64,000 nucleotides of DNA from the human T2T-CHM13v2.0 reference genome, Homo sapiens. Location: NCBI RefSeq assembly GCF_009914755.1, contig NC_060947.1. One strand, written 5' to 3'. Position 1 is the stretch's first letter, and every line of letters starts with the position of its first letter. Positions 38,370-64,000 of this stretch are shown one piece after another. The notes under the pieces were generated by a model that was not told where the DNA came from, did no database searches, and saw only the letters and a list, made by a program, of their open reading frames with translations. Position numbers and translations under genes: made by a program.

Positions 38370-39344
<975 letters not shown>

Positions 39345-39356
39345 GGGTATGCACTC

Positions 39357-40936
39357 TTTTTTTTTTTTTTTTACAAGGATGTTCATTATTTATTGGGGAA
39401 ACAATTGGAAATGCCAGTAATAGTGCAAGTGCAGTGAGTTCTTACACCATGAGGCACTGTGTACTTTTAAGGTGTGAGTGTATGTCCTTTCTCTTTCTGT
39501 TTAGTCCAACCCCTTCAGACCTGAGAGCCTTCCCTTAACTGCCACACCCTAAGGGATTAAGGTCGAGGGATCATGTGTGTTCTAGGCTGCCCTACAGTTG
39601 TTAGTCAAACCAGATGATCAGATGGGGGCTAAGCAGTTTGAGACACAAAGAGTCACTTCCAGAAGAATGCCTGTGGGTGCTTTGCTTCACATGATCTATT
39701 GCTTATTCTCACATACAGAAATGCAAAGGGCCCATGGCCCCTAACTCGACTTCACAGAAGTGTCTGGTGCCAGAATGGCAAGGGGACCTATGATGCCCCC
39801 CCAACTTCCTTTTCCTTTTCAGCTCGTGATTACTCAGTTTGGGAACAGTGACAATAACTTTACAAATACATATACAGATGTATCTTCTGTCCACTCAGGT
39901 CAGTAATACTGGAATTTGGTTCCTTGAAGCTGAATGCCCACCAAAGTTTCTGAACAAAGTCCCTAATGGTGGGTCTTTCATGTGAAGAAGGAAAAGTTCC
40001 TCATTTAAAGTCTCCTCAAATTTTTGTGAATGGTTGGCACTCATCTCAGTAGATATCTAATGGCCTGCTCCCAGCATGGACCAGTTAGGGGTATCTTCTT
40101 CCACCAGTCCTATTCCTCTGTCTTTTCTGGGGTACCACTGTGATCCAATAAATGTTTAATTCTTCATGGTAGTTATTTCTTTTAACCTGACTTTCCTCAG
40201 ATTATTTATCCCTTCGACTGAGACAGTTTATAGTACATCTTCCTCTTTTTATTCTCTTTTGATTTATTGCTATAACCTTGTGTCCATTTGAAGAAGTGAG
40301 CCTGAACTCCAACAGGCAAGGGAGACATGAAGGAAAAATAGTGACAGAGACTGTGAGACCTGAAGGAAGGGGAGTCCTGTGAATGTACTTAGTGGAGAGA
40401 ACTGCAGGCTGAACCCCCAGTGCCTGTGGGAAGGAAGAGGAATGCAGATGGACTCAGACTGAGCAGTGACCATCCCAGCAGAGGATATAGGATCTGGCTG
40501 ACCCTCAGCCTTGATGAGCCCCTGCTTGGTATTTTTTTAATTCTCCCCAGACTGGTTATCCCCTTCTTTTGGTGAGTGCATCCCAATCCTTCTTTAGGGA
40601 AGTATTCCCTTTCCTGTTTGCATATAATCTTGGCAAGGCTAAACCAGTCAACTCCAGCCTACTCTGAACAAGGGCCTCACTCGTAATCCAAGCTTGGACA
40701 GTTGTACTCTATGACTTAAGACTTTAATTCTTGCTCCCAGTGATCCCTAGGGGGAAAACAATCTGAGTGTATTCACTCTGAAGTACCAAGAAATTGAGCA
40801 CTAATTCCCACTTTCTAGACTTCCAGTGCTACTGAGGCCTTTTTCCTTCCAAAAGAGTATTGCAAAGTTTTGTCTTCAATTCAGGCTATTTAAATTGATT
40901 ATTTGGTTCTTATTGTTTCTCTTTCATTTTCTAGAG
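39357..40936 (-). other. L1 3'-transduced segment (39373-40936) with its poly(A) tail (T16, 39357-39372) and AATAAA (39394-39389)
   Basis: Lies between the L1 tail and the true TSD; AATAAA is 16 nt upstream of the poly(A). Confidence 0.9.
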
Positions 40937-41071
40937 TTTTTTTTATTATTATAATTTAAGTTTTAGGGTACATGTGCACAATGTGCAGGTTAGTTACATA
41001 TGTATACATGTGCCATGCTGGTGTGCTGCACCCATTAACTCGTCATTTAGCATTAGGTATATCTCCCAATG

Positions 41072-44994
<3,923 letters not shown>

Positions 44995-45042
44995 TTATTT
45001 TGCTCGTTAGTTGATGCAGTTTCTTCCTAGTCTCGATGGTCT

Positions 45043-46059
45043 TTACATTTTGGCATGATTTTGCAGCGGCTGGTACCAGTTGTGCCTTTCCATGTTTAGT
45101 TCTTCCTTCAGGAGCTCTTTTAGGGCAGGCCTGGTGGTGACAAAATCTCTCAACATTTGCTTGTCTGTAAAGTATTTTATTTCTCCTTCACTTATGAAGC
45201 TTAGTTTGGCTGGATATGAAATTCTGGTTTGAAAATTCTTTTCTTTAAGCATGTTGAATATTGGCCCCCACTCTCTTCTGGCTTTAGAGTTTCTGCCGAA
45301 GAGATCCACTGTTAGCCTGATGGGCTTCTCTTTGTGGGTAACCCGACCTTTCTCTCTGGCTGCCCTTAACATTTTTTCCTTCATTTCAACTTTGGTGAAT
45401 CCGACAATTATGTGTCTTGGAGTTGCTCTTCTCGAGGAGTATCTTTGTGGTGTTCTCTGTATTTCCTGAATCTGAACGTTGGCCTGCCTTGCTAGATTGG
45501 GGAAGTTCTCCTGGATAATATCCTGCAGAGTGTTTTCCACCTTGGTTCCATTCTCCCCGTCACTTTCAGGTACACCAATCAGACGCAGATTTGGTCTTTT
45601 CACATAGTCCCACATTTCTTGGAGGCTTTGTTCGTTTCTTTTTATTCTTTTTTCTCTAAACTTCCCTTCTCGCTTCATTTCATTCATTTCATCTTCCATC
45701 ACTGATACCCTTTCTTCCAGTTGATCACATCGGCTCCTGAGGCTTCTGCATACTTCACGTAGTTCTCAAGCCTTGGCTTTCAGCTCCATCAGCTCCTTTA
45801 AGCACTTCTCTGTATTGGTTATTCTAGTTATACATTCGTCTAAATTTTTTTCAAAGTTTTCAACTTCTTTGCCTTTGGTTTGAATTTCCTCCTGTAGCTC
45901 GGAGTTGTTTGATCATCTGAAGGCTTCTTCTCTCAACTCGTCAAAGTCATTCTCTGTCCAGCTTTGTTCCATTGCTGGTGAGGAACTGTGTTCCTTTGGA
46001 GGAAGAGAGGTGCTCTGCTTTTTAGAGTTTCCAGTTTTTCTGCTCTGTTTTTTCCCCAT
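45043..46059 (-). pseudogene. L1 ORF1 (338-codon span), disrupted
   Basis: ATG 46059; in-frame TGA at 45768-45766 (CGA>TGA); compensating +1/-1 indels near 45290-45300 (LFGRNSK in place of LSAETLQ). Confidence 0.88.
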
Positions 46060-46642
46060 CTTTGTGATTTTATCTACTTTTGGTCTTTGATGATGGTGAT
46101 GTACAGATGAGTTTTTGGTGTGGATGTCCTTTCTGTTTGTTAGTTTTCCTTCTAACAGACAGGACCCTCAGCTGCAGGTCTGTTGGAGTTTGCTAGAGGT
46201 CCACTCCAGACCCTGTTTCCCTGGGTATCAGCAGCGGTGTCTGCAGAACCGCGGATTTTTGTGATCCACGAATGCTGCTGTCTGATCATTCCTCTGGAAG
46301 TTTTGTCTCAGAGGAGTACCCGGCCGTGTGAGGTGTCAGTCTGCCCCTACTGGGGGGTGCCTCCCAGTTAGGCTGCTCGGGGGTCAGGGGTCAGGGACCC
46401 ACTTGAGGAGTCAGTCTGTCCATTCTCAGATCTCCAGCTGTGTGCTGGGAGAACCACTGCTCTCCTAAAAGCTGTCAGACAGGGACGTTTAAGTCTGCAG
46501 AGGTTACTGCTGTCTTTTTGTTTGTCTGTGCCCTGCCCCCAGAAGTGGAGCCTACAGAGGCACGCAGGCCTCCTTGAGCTTTGGTGGGCTTCACCCAGTT
46601 CGAGCTTCCCTGCTGCTTTGTTTACCTAAGCGAGCCTGGGCA

Positions 46643-46825
46643 ATGGCGGGCACCCCTCCCTCAGCCTCGCTGCCACCTTGCAGTTTGATCTCAGACTGCT
46701 GTGCTAGCAATCAGGGAGACTCCGTGGGCGTAGGACCCTCCGAGCCATGTGTGGGATATAATCTCCTGGTGCGCCCTTTCCTAAGCCCGCCGGAAAAGCG
46801 CAGTAGTCGGGTGGGAGTGCCCTAA
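46643..46825 (+). CDS. L1 antisense ORF0 homologue (60 aa, C-terminally shortened)
   Basis: MAGTPPSASLPPCSLISDCCASNQGDSVGVGPSEP matches primate L1 ORF0. Confidence 0.6.
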   Translation: MAGTPPSASLPPCSLISDCCASNQGDSVGVGPSEPCVGYNLLVRPFLSPPEKRSSRVGVP

Positions 46826-47111
46826 TTTTCCAGGTGCCGTCTGTCACCCCTTTCCTTGACCAGAAAAGGGAACTCCCTGATCCCTTGCATTTCCCGAGTG
46901 AGGCAATGCCTCCCCCTGCTTCGGCTGGCGCATGGTGCGCTGCACCCACTGTCCTGCGCCCACTGTCTGGCACTCCCTGGTGAGATAAACCTGGTACCTC
47001 AGATGGAAATGCAGAAATCACCCGTCTTCTGTGTCGCTCACTCTGGGAGCTGTAGACCGGAGCTGTTCCTATTCGGCCATCTTGGCTCCTCCCCTCGGGT
47101 ATGCACTCTTT

Positions 47112-47900
<789 letters not shown>

Positions 47901-47984
47901 CAGAAAGAAATGTTCATGGGACAATGCAGGAGCTTCTCCACAAAACCGTGTAGAGTAAATCTGTGTGGCCAAAGATGTGGATGG

Positions 47985-48345
47985 ACAGTGGCAGCAATGA
48001 GAATGCACCTCACAGACCTCTTACTACAGGGACCATAATTGGCTAAGGGCCTCAGCTATTGCATTCTGAAATCTATGCGAGACTGTTGTGCCACACCACC
48101 CACGGGTGACTCCCAGCAAGGGCTGAGAACTCCCTTAGACTAGATGGCAATCCAGGACACTTCCACCCAAACTTTTCTCCTTGCTTCCTTCATCCAGAGT
48201 CAGAATTGTATTGCAGTCTGAGGGTGCTTTCAGACTCTCCAAGCTTCCTCCTTATTTCCTTTCACACAGGTATTTCTTTTAATAACATTCTTGTACATTT
48301 AATCCTTTATTGACATCTGCTTTTCAGAGGATCTGGACCAACACA
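47985..48345 (+). mobile_element. LTR16-like ERVL LTR
   Basis: Ends ...ttgtacatttaatcctttattgacatctgcttttcagaggatctggaccaacaca. Confidence 0.6.
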
Positions 48346-48549
48346 GGGGCAAAGTGGAGACAATTGGCAAATCTTAGAGAATGGTCTGTGGGGGTACTTT
48401 TATGATGATTGCAACTCTTCTTTAAGTTTGAAATTACATCAAAAATAAAAGTTGGAAACAACTGACTTCATGTGTTTGAAAGCACTATTACAAAAAATGT
48501 CAATCAAATATAAACTCTTAGAAAGTGGAAGTGTCCTGGATTGTCATCT

Positions 48550-49812
<1,263 letters not shown>

Positions 49813-49943
49813 TAAGGAAGAACTGTTCCTTCTACTCTAATAATTAACTCAATAACTAATTAATTAATATCAGTATGGATTCATGGATTCTTATTATATT
49901 TAACGCATTATTATGCATTGCTATCATTATTTCAATGCACATA

Positions 49944-56140
<6,197 letters not shown>

Positions 56141-56149
56141 AAACTTCTT

Positions 56150-56250
56150 TAAAAGACCTACTTATTCAGACTGTCAGGGATGGGGCTAAGAAATATATAT
56201 TTTCATAGCCTCATTAGGTGATTCTTATGCACATTCAGGTTTGAACTGGA
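56150..56250. mobile_element. MER5A-like fragment
   Basis: agacctacttattcagactgtcagggatggggctaagaaat...aggtgattcttatgcacattcaggtttga. Confidence 0.6.
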
Positions 56251-56254
56251 GGTA

Positions 56255-56800
56255 TAACGACTCTAGCTCTGGTAACTGACAGGTTTGAAATCTGGCCCTG
56301 AAAATTTCTAGCTAACTATGGGCCAGTCATTTAACCCCTCTGAGCTTTAGTTCCCTCATCTGTAAAATGTGAATATAATAATAATGCCTACGTCGTAGAG
56401 TGGTTTTGATGATTAAATGAGCTATTATATGTAAAGCCCTTATCACCATGCCTAGCGCTCAATGAATGGTAACTATTATTTATAAAGCACGAGCCCAGAT
56501 TTTTAATTGTTTTGCTCTTATAGTTCCCAATAAACATTGCTATTATTATCATAGGTTAATAGGAGACCACGGAGAGGCAGTGTGGTATAGCAAAATGAGC
56601 ACAGGACATGGAGTCAGATCTGGATTCAAATCTTAGCTCTGCCCTTATAGGCTATGATCATAAACAAATCACGATCTGTGTGAGCCTCGGTTTCCTCTTC
56701 CATAAGATGGTGATAATAACAGTATCTTCATCCTGAGTTGTAATAATTAAATGAGATAATCCACTTAAAGAACTTGGCATTCAGTAAGCACTTAGTACAT
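56255..56800. mobile_element. Two MIR elements (about 56255-56480 and 56575-56800)
   Basis: ctcatctgtaaaatg...attaaatgag cores. Confidence 0.75.
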
Positions 56801-57519
56801 AATGCCAAAATTTGTCTCCCCACCCACCCCTCCTGAAGCCTCACTGTAGTGATCAAAATGATTGGCTAAGGATAATACAGGTACAGCCCATGGAAAAATT
56901 CTCTTAGAAGTCTAGTTTAGGCATTTTTACCTAGTTTAGATTTTGCCATTGGTAGTTTTCTGAACTTGGATCTTTTACTGTATGATCTCTTCTTACTGTG
57001 ACTTCTGCATTTGCAAACCTCACCATAACCCTGCTTATTAAAATAGATGCATTTGTGGTTGATGATTATCATTGCATCTCTTTATCTGGTTAAAAGCTAA
57101 ACATGTTCCTAGTCCAGAACTTCAGAATGATCCAAGGGTTCCATGAAGCCACATGGCAGACATGTATAAATCATTAGTATCTTAAGATCTAAGTAAATCA
57201 CATCAATATTTAGATAGTCACCCTTCTATCTCCTGATTTGCATATTTAGTCAGCAGTAAAATACATTTTGTAAATCTCTGATGTTTCAGAAGTTGCCAGT
57301 TGCTAAAGAAAACGGTCTCACCTGATTAGACAGACTGAGGCATAGTTACCAGTTAGCCAATTCCTGCCAGTATGGGCAAGAGGACACTAATATGATGGAA
57401 ACCAGGAGTCTGCAAGGCTTAGACATCTGCTTTGGTCTAGATTGTCAAGGTCTTGACCATGTCAGCAGAAGGGCAATTAACTCTAGTCATTTACCTTGTC
57501 AAGACTAGGGTCCAAATAG

Positions 57520-57775
57520 AAAATTTCAGTTAGAAGAATAAGTTCAATAGATCTATTGTACAACATGGCAACTATGGTTAATAACAATGTATTGTATTCT
57601 TAAAAATTGCTAAGAGAGTAGATTTTAAGTGTTCTCACCACAAAATAATAAGTATGTGAGGTAATGCATATGTTAATTAGCTCAATTTAGCCACATTCCC
57701 AAATTCGTACATATTTCAAAACATGTTATATATGACAAATACATATAATTATGATATTTCAACTTAAAATCAATC
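57520..57775 (+). mobile_element. L1MA 3' end
   Basis: aagttcaatagatctattgtacaacatgg...gtgaggtaatgcatatgttaattagc. Confidence 0.8.
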
Positions 57776-57896
57776 AATCAATGTTAAACAAAACTCCATT
57801 AATGAATACTTCAGAGAATGACACCGGTCAGTGAGCATCTATCCTCCTACAGCAGTAGAGATGTGTATGCAAGTGTATGGTAGACACACCTGGCAG

Positions 57897-58378
57897 TGAA
57901 ATTAAACTTAAGCATAACCTGAGAATTACCCTATATGGCAGATGCACCTGAGTGTGAGTTCTGAGCTGAGGAATCCAGAAATGGCCAACTGGGAGATACG
58001 TTCCTTGCCTGTATATCCAGGAGGAACATCTGAACCCCTGGCCATCCAGTGGAATGCAGAAGGGAGTGAGGCCCTTTGTTTTGGGTTAAATGAAATTTGC
58101 TGGATGGAAGTTGTTAGGGGGAGGGTGCTAAGTGAATATCTTATATAAACTGATTGCTTTTTGTAAGCCGTTGTGGTTGTCCTGCCCAGCCTGCCACCAC
58201 TGGACTTTCCCTGTATGTAAGGTGGTTCTCCTGTCCAGTCCAGCACCACCGGACCATCCCTGCATATAAGTTTCCTGCTAATGAAACCCTATGTCTCATT
58301 TGCTGGCTCTGGGTCTCTTCTTTGGCCTCTTGAACCCAGCACCATCCCTGTTGAAGTTAATAGGAGTCTGGTATGACA
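57897..58378 (+). mobile_element. ERVL solo LTR (MER54/MER74-like)
   Basis: TG...CA; cctgagaattaccctatatggcagatgcacctg; TATA-like ttatataaa; internal duplicated cctg(c/t)ccag...ccacc. Confidence 0.6.
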
Positions 58379-59944
58379 GCAAGTACCTACAATGCAAAGC
58401 AATAACTTATTAAGTACCATGTGGGTGGTACAGACCCTACATCTTACGGGGGCTATGAGGAAGGAGAAACATATCAGACTCTCCAAGAGCAGGTGCACTT
58501 TGGAAAAACATTTAAGATACCTACAGATTTTGTAATACAAATATAAAACAAATAAAGATCTATAATATTAATATAATATTGGCTGGAACCAATATGTGAA
58601 TGATAGACTAAGAAAGCATGGTTAGGGTTGTGAGTTGAAACAGGTCAAGAATTTGACAGCCATTCTACCCAGTCAACAGATTTTTGTTAAGACACTGTTC
58701 TTGGCACTAGGGAGACAGCAGTGAACAAGGTAGATGACACCTATCTTGGGCAAGATAGTTAAACTCTCTACATCTCAGGGTCATCCTTAAAATGGGAAGA
58801 ACATTCATTATTCCTACCTCATGGAGTTGGTGTGAGGATTAAAGGAGGGCAAAGAGTATAAAGTGTTTTGCATTATGTTCTTCAGAGTAGACACATCATA
58901 AATGAAATAATTAGCCTGCTGGGGAGAATAAGTGGTTCATCAGCTTGGCTGTGAAGATGTATATGGTTTTGATAGGCAGAGACAAAAGGAAGATATATAA
59001 GTAGAGAGAACAGCATTAATTAAGTCACACAAAGAAACTTTTTGACATTGGCATTCATAGACATATTTCATTTACATGAATTCAGCTATACACACTAGGA
59101 GAAAATTGTTTAAGTAGTACAGGCAAATTATCCCACCATTATATTCAGTTAATATATACCCTGGGTTGAGTGTGAGACGAAAGGCACGAATTTGTTCTTT
59201 CGTCTCACAGTGTGAACACCTCACTTTGCTGAACGTCATTCTTTTGTTTAGATACATATTTTGCATGTAGTGTGGTCAGCCACGAGTGCAAGCCAGTTAC
59301 TTAATCTGAGGGTCAAACAAGAGGAACAACCCAGTCATCTGCTCTTGCACTGGAGGAGAAGCTGGCAGTGCTGAACGTTCTGAGAAAAGAATGTCATTCT
59401 TCAATGTCGCACCTTCCTAAGGCATTACGCAAAGTCATTTGACCAGATGATTTTCATTTTACATGTTGATTTTAGGATGTATCTTGTGTTTAAGGAATGA
59501 CTTCACTACGTGTGTCAGGAATCGTGCCAGATGCTGGTGATACAGTGATTTCAAAAAACCTGTCAATGTACAAATCTATGTCCAGTAAAAAATCTTGTAA
59601 ACATAAAGGCAAATTGTGTTGCCAGCGTATCTAATCTATGAAAATGCTAAGGAAAATCTGTGAAAATGATAAAACAAGATGGAAATTCAGACATAAGGTA
59701 ATAAATGAAGAGCACTGGAAATTCTAAATAGGTAGTAAAATATAACACATTTTTTCCTTTAAATTTTTAAAGGGCAATTGAATGTTGAAATCATGTAATA
59801 ACAGCAACATATTTGAGGTGTTATATCATAAGTAAAAGTAAAACATAAAACATAAAACAATGATAGCACTAAAAGCAGGAAGGGTGTAAACATCATGACA
59901 TAATTTTACTATTATTATACATAAATGGTATATTATTTGTTTGT

Positions 59945-62900
59945 TATAACTTCGACTTTTATTTTACATTCAGGGGGAACATGTGCAGGTTTATTACATG
60001 GCTATAGCACATGAGGCTCAGGTTTAGGGTATGATTGTTCCCATCATCCAGGTAGAGGGCATACTACCCAGTAGTTAGTTTTTCAGCAGTTGCCCTTCTC
60101 CCTCACCCTCTAGTGGTCCTCAGTATCTACTGTTGCCATTTTTATGTTCATGAGTACCCAATGTTTAGCTCCCACTTGTGAGATCACGTGGCATTTGGTT
60201 TTCTGTTCCTGCATTAATTCACTTAGGATAATGGCCTCCAGCTGCCTCCATGTTGCTGCAAAGGACATGATTTTACTCTTTTTTATGGTTGTATAGTATT
60301 CCATGGCATATGTGTACCACATTTTCTTGATCCAATCCACCATTGATGAGCACCTAGGTTGATTCCACCTCTTTGCTATTGTGAATGGTGCTGTGATAAA
60401 CATTTGAGTGCATATGCTTTTTGGTAGTATAATTGCTGGGTTGAATGGTAGTTCTGTATTAAGTTCTCTGAGAAATCTCCAAAATTATTCCACAGTAGCT
60501 AAACTAATTTACACTCCCACCAACAATGTATACGCATTCTCTTTTCTCCACAGCCTACCAGCAACACGATAATAGTGGGGGAACTCAGTACTCCACTGAC
60601 AGTACTAGACATGCCATCAAAGCAGAAAATCAGCAAAGAAACAATGGACTTAAACAATACACTAGAAAAAGTGGACTTAACAGATATTTAGAAAACATTC
60701 TACCTAAGAACTGCAGATAATATGTTATTTTCATCAGCATATAAAACATTCTCCAAGATAGACCATACAGTAGATCACAAAACAAGTCTCAATAAATTTA
60801 AGAAAATCAGAATTATATCAAGTATCCTATCAGACCACAATGGAATAAAATTGGAAATTAACTCCAAAAGGAATCCTCAAAACTATAAAAATACATGGAA
60901 ATTAAATAATCTACTCCTGAATGATCTTTGGGTCAACAATGAAATCAAGATGGAAATTTAAAATTTCATTAAACTGAATGATAATGGTGACACAACTTAT
61001 CAAAACATCTGAGATACAGCAAAAGCAGTGCTAAGAGGAAAGTTCATAGCATTAAATGTCTACATCAAAAAATCTGAAAGAGCACAAATAGACGATCTAA
61101 GGTCACACCTCAAGGAACTAGAGAAACAAGAACAAGCCAAACCCAAACCCAGCAGAAGAAAAGAAATAATAAAGATCAGAGCATAACTACATGAAATTTA
61201 AACAAAAAGAAAAATACAAAAGATAAATGAAACAAAAAGTTGATTTGAAGAGATAAACAAAATTAATAGATCATTAGTGAGATTAGCCAAGAAGAGAAGA
61301 GAAAATCCCAATAAGCTCAATTAGAAATGAAACAAGAGGTATTATAACTGGTGCCACAGAAATACAAAAGATCATTCAAGGCTACTATGAAAACCTTTAT
61401 GTGCACAAACTAGAAAATCTAGAGGAGGTGGACAAATTTATAACCCTCCTAGATTAAATCAGGAAGAAATAGAAACTCTCACATGCAAGAACACCCACAG
61501 GCTCAAAATAAAGGGATGGAGGAAATCTACGAAGCAAATGGAAACCAGAAAAAAGCAGGGCTCACAATCTCAGACAAAACAGACTTTAAACTAGCATATG
61601 AGATGGGTCTCTTGAAGACAGCATACCTACCATCAGGTCTTGCTTCTTTATCCAGCTTGCGACTCTGTGACTTTTAACTGGAGCATTTAGCCTCTTTATA
61701 CTCAAGGTTAGTATCGATATGTGTGGATTTGATCCTGTCATCATGTTGTTAGCTGGTTATAATGCCAACTTGTTCGTGTGGTTGCTTTACAGTGTCAGTG
61801 GCCCGTGTACTTAAGTGTTTTTGTAGTGGCTGGTAATGGTCTTTCCTTTCCATATTTATTGCTTCTTTCAGGAGCTCTAAAAAGGCGGGTCTGGTGGTAA
61901 CAAATTCCCTCAGCATTTGCTTGTCCAAAAAGGATCTTATTTCTCATTTGCTTATGAAGTTTAGTTTGGCTGTATATGAAATTCTCTGTTGGAATTTCTT
62001 TTCTATAAGAATGTTAAATAGAGGCCCCCAATCTCTTTTGGCTTGAAAGGTTTCTGCTGAGAGGTCTGCTGTTAGTCTGATGGGCTTCCCTCTGTAGCTG
62101 ACCTGGCGTTTCTCTCCAGCTGTCTTTAACAGTTTTTTTCTTTCATCTGATCTTGGAGAATCTGATAATTATGTCTTGGAGATGATCTTCTAGTGAAGTA
62201 TCTTGCTAAAGTTCTCTGTATTAGCTTAATTTTAATGTTGGCCTCTCTAACTAGGTTGCAGAATTTCTCATGGATGATAACCTGAAATAAGTTTTCCAAA
62301 TTGTTTCCATTCTCCCTATCTCTTTCAGGGATGCCAATGAGTTACAGATTTGGTCTGTTTACATAATCCCATATTTCTCAGAGGTTTTTTTCCATTCCTT
62401 TCCATTCTTGTTTTTTTATTTTTCTCTGACTGTCATTTCAGAAAGGCAGTCTTCACGCTCTAAGATTCTTTCCTCGGCTTGGTCTATTCTGCTGTTAATA
62501 CTTACAATTGCATTATGAAATTCTTGTAGTGTGTTTTTCAGCTGAATCAGTCAGTTATGTTCCTTTCAATACTGGCTATTTTGTCTGTCAGCTCCTGCAT
62601 CATTTTATTGTGATTCTTAGCTTTCTTGAATTGGGTTTCAATGTTCTCCTGAATCTTGAGGATCTTTGTTCCTATCAATATTCTGAATGCTATTTCTGTC
62701 ATTTCAGTCATTTCCATCTCTTTAAGAAACATTGCTGGGGAACTAATGTGGTCGTTTGGAGGAAAGAAGACACTCTGGCTTTTTGAAATGTCACACTTTT
62801 GGCAATTGCTCTTTCTCATCTTTGTGGGCTGATTTTCCTTCAATCTTTGAAGTTGCTATTTTTGGATTTTTTTCCACCTTTTATGCTATTTCATGACCTT

Positions 62901-64000
62901 AGGGGTTTGATTGTGGCATAAGTTTTTTCAATCAACTGGATTCATTTCTGGACGATTTTAGGGGGCTAAGACTTAGCTCAGGACTCCTAGACTGCATGTC
63001 CTAACTCTGGAGGACTAGTATCAGGCCCTGGCTTTGTTCTCTGGCCACTTAAGTTTAGGAACTTGCTGCACTAGAGGGGCCAAGGTGCTCCTAGAGCACT
63101 AGTCACAACAGTCCAATGGGCGGTGCCAACCAAAGTACTTCCTAGGGCAGTGGCAGCATGATTTATCTTTATTCGCCCATGGCAGGAGTGGCATCAGTGG
63201 CAGCATGATAAGGTGTCCACTTTTCAGCTGCAGTGAGGTGCTAGCAGGTGCCAGGATGCTGGTTGTCATGTGGGCATTTGCAGCAGCAGCATTGGCAGCG
63301 TGTCGTGGGGAAGCAGGGGGCCCCACTGGCATCTTTGTGTATGTTTGTGCTGGTGACAGTTTTAGCATAGTGGTGGGGCCCTGGTGGCCACAGGACTGTG
63401 TGAGCTCTTTGTGTGTGTTTATGGGTGGCGGTGGCTGCTCAGGGCCAGGGCAGGTCTCTGTTCTCTTTGCCTAGTTTCTGGCAGCAGCAGCGTCAACACA
63501 GGGGCAGGGTGCTGGTGGCAGGTAAGGCTAAGGGGCTCCATGTCCTCCAAAACTTCGATGGGAACGGCAGGGGCTGGCAGAAGTGGCATGGCAGGGTGCA
63601 CATCTGCCTGTGCACACACATGCCAGCAAAGTGATTTGGGAGGTGGCCATGGGCTAGTATCTGCAGGCAAGGTACCACTGGGGAGGCTGCAGTGGAAGGA
63701 GAGAATGTGCAGGCTGATATGTGTCTGTGGAGGCTGCTCTGCTGGAGCTCTCTGCTTGTCAGGTGTGGTCTGCCAGCACAGGAGCTATGATGCAGGCCAC
63801 CAAGAGGAACACCCCTTTTGGGCACCGGAGGCTGCACTGCAAGCACCCAGGGAGAGTCCAGCAGGCTGAGGGGTGTTCAGGTTGGACCAGTCCCATCTCA
63901 TGGCCAAGACCACCCTGCAGAGTTCATGTGTGACAATTCCTCTAGGGCTAAGTCTCCTATAGGAGTAAGTTGAGCCTAAGGGAATGGGTGTCCCTGGCTG
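59945..64000. mobile_element. Rearranged older L1 (L1PA13-16/L1PB-type): 3' end minus (59945-60563), ORF2 pieces plus (60564-61591), ORF2 start, ORF1 and 5'UTR minus (61594-64000)
   Basis: ORF track fragments (WIKKMWY; KIDHTVDHK, SDHNGIKLE; ANGNQKKAG; MRKSNCQK) switch strand at the stated junctions. Confidence 0.8.

Noticed and set aside
40915-40950. Treating the L1's own tail at 40937 as the end of the insertion
   Set aside because: No TSD there; the matching 15-mer is at 39345.
63099-64000. GC-rich region with several overlapping ORFs; possible promoter or gene
   Set aside because: Continuous with the minus-strand ORF1 of the old L1, so read as its decayed, CpG-depleted 5'UTR.

Overview
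Primate (very probably human X-chromosome) genomic DNA, dominated by retroelements. One host gene can be rebuilt from the sequence: a 3-exon minus-strand gene (CDS 17435-17348, 10156-10003, 8678-7835; 1086 nt = 361 aa + stop; GT-AG introns; AATAAA at 7686-7681), which I recognise as CXorf66. The rest is about 35 Alus, four large LINE-1 structures, ERVL/ERV1/MaLR LTR remnants, MIRs and old L1M pieces. Main observations: (1) a 6160-bp L1PA3/4-type element (40937-47096, minus) that carried 1.56 kb of foreign 3' flank with its own AATAAA and poly(A), all inside a perfect 15-bp TSD, i.e. a 3' transduction; (2) an inverted L1PA7-type element (49944-56140) whose inverted arm runs past the L1 5' end into about 120 bp of non-L1 sequence, a candidate twin-priming event with 5' transduction; (3) a full-length antisense L1 whose antisense promoter and ORF0 point at CXorf66 exon 2; (4) a 9-residue degenerate repeat in the CXorf66 tail; (5) a 52-nt double-hairpin sequence enclosed in an Alu TSD. 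Repeat subfamily names come from recognition by eye, repeat boundaries are approximate, and no database searches were run.
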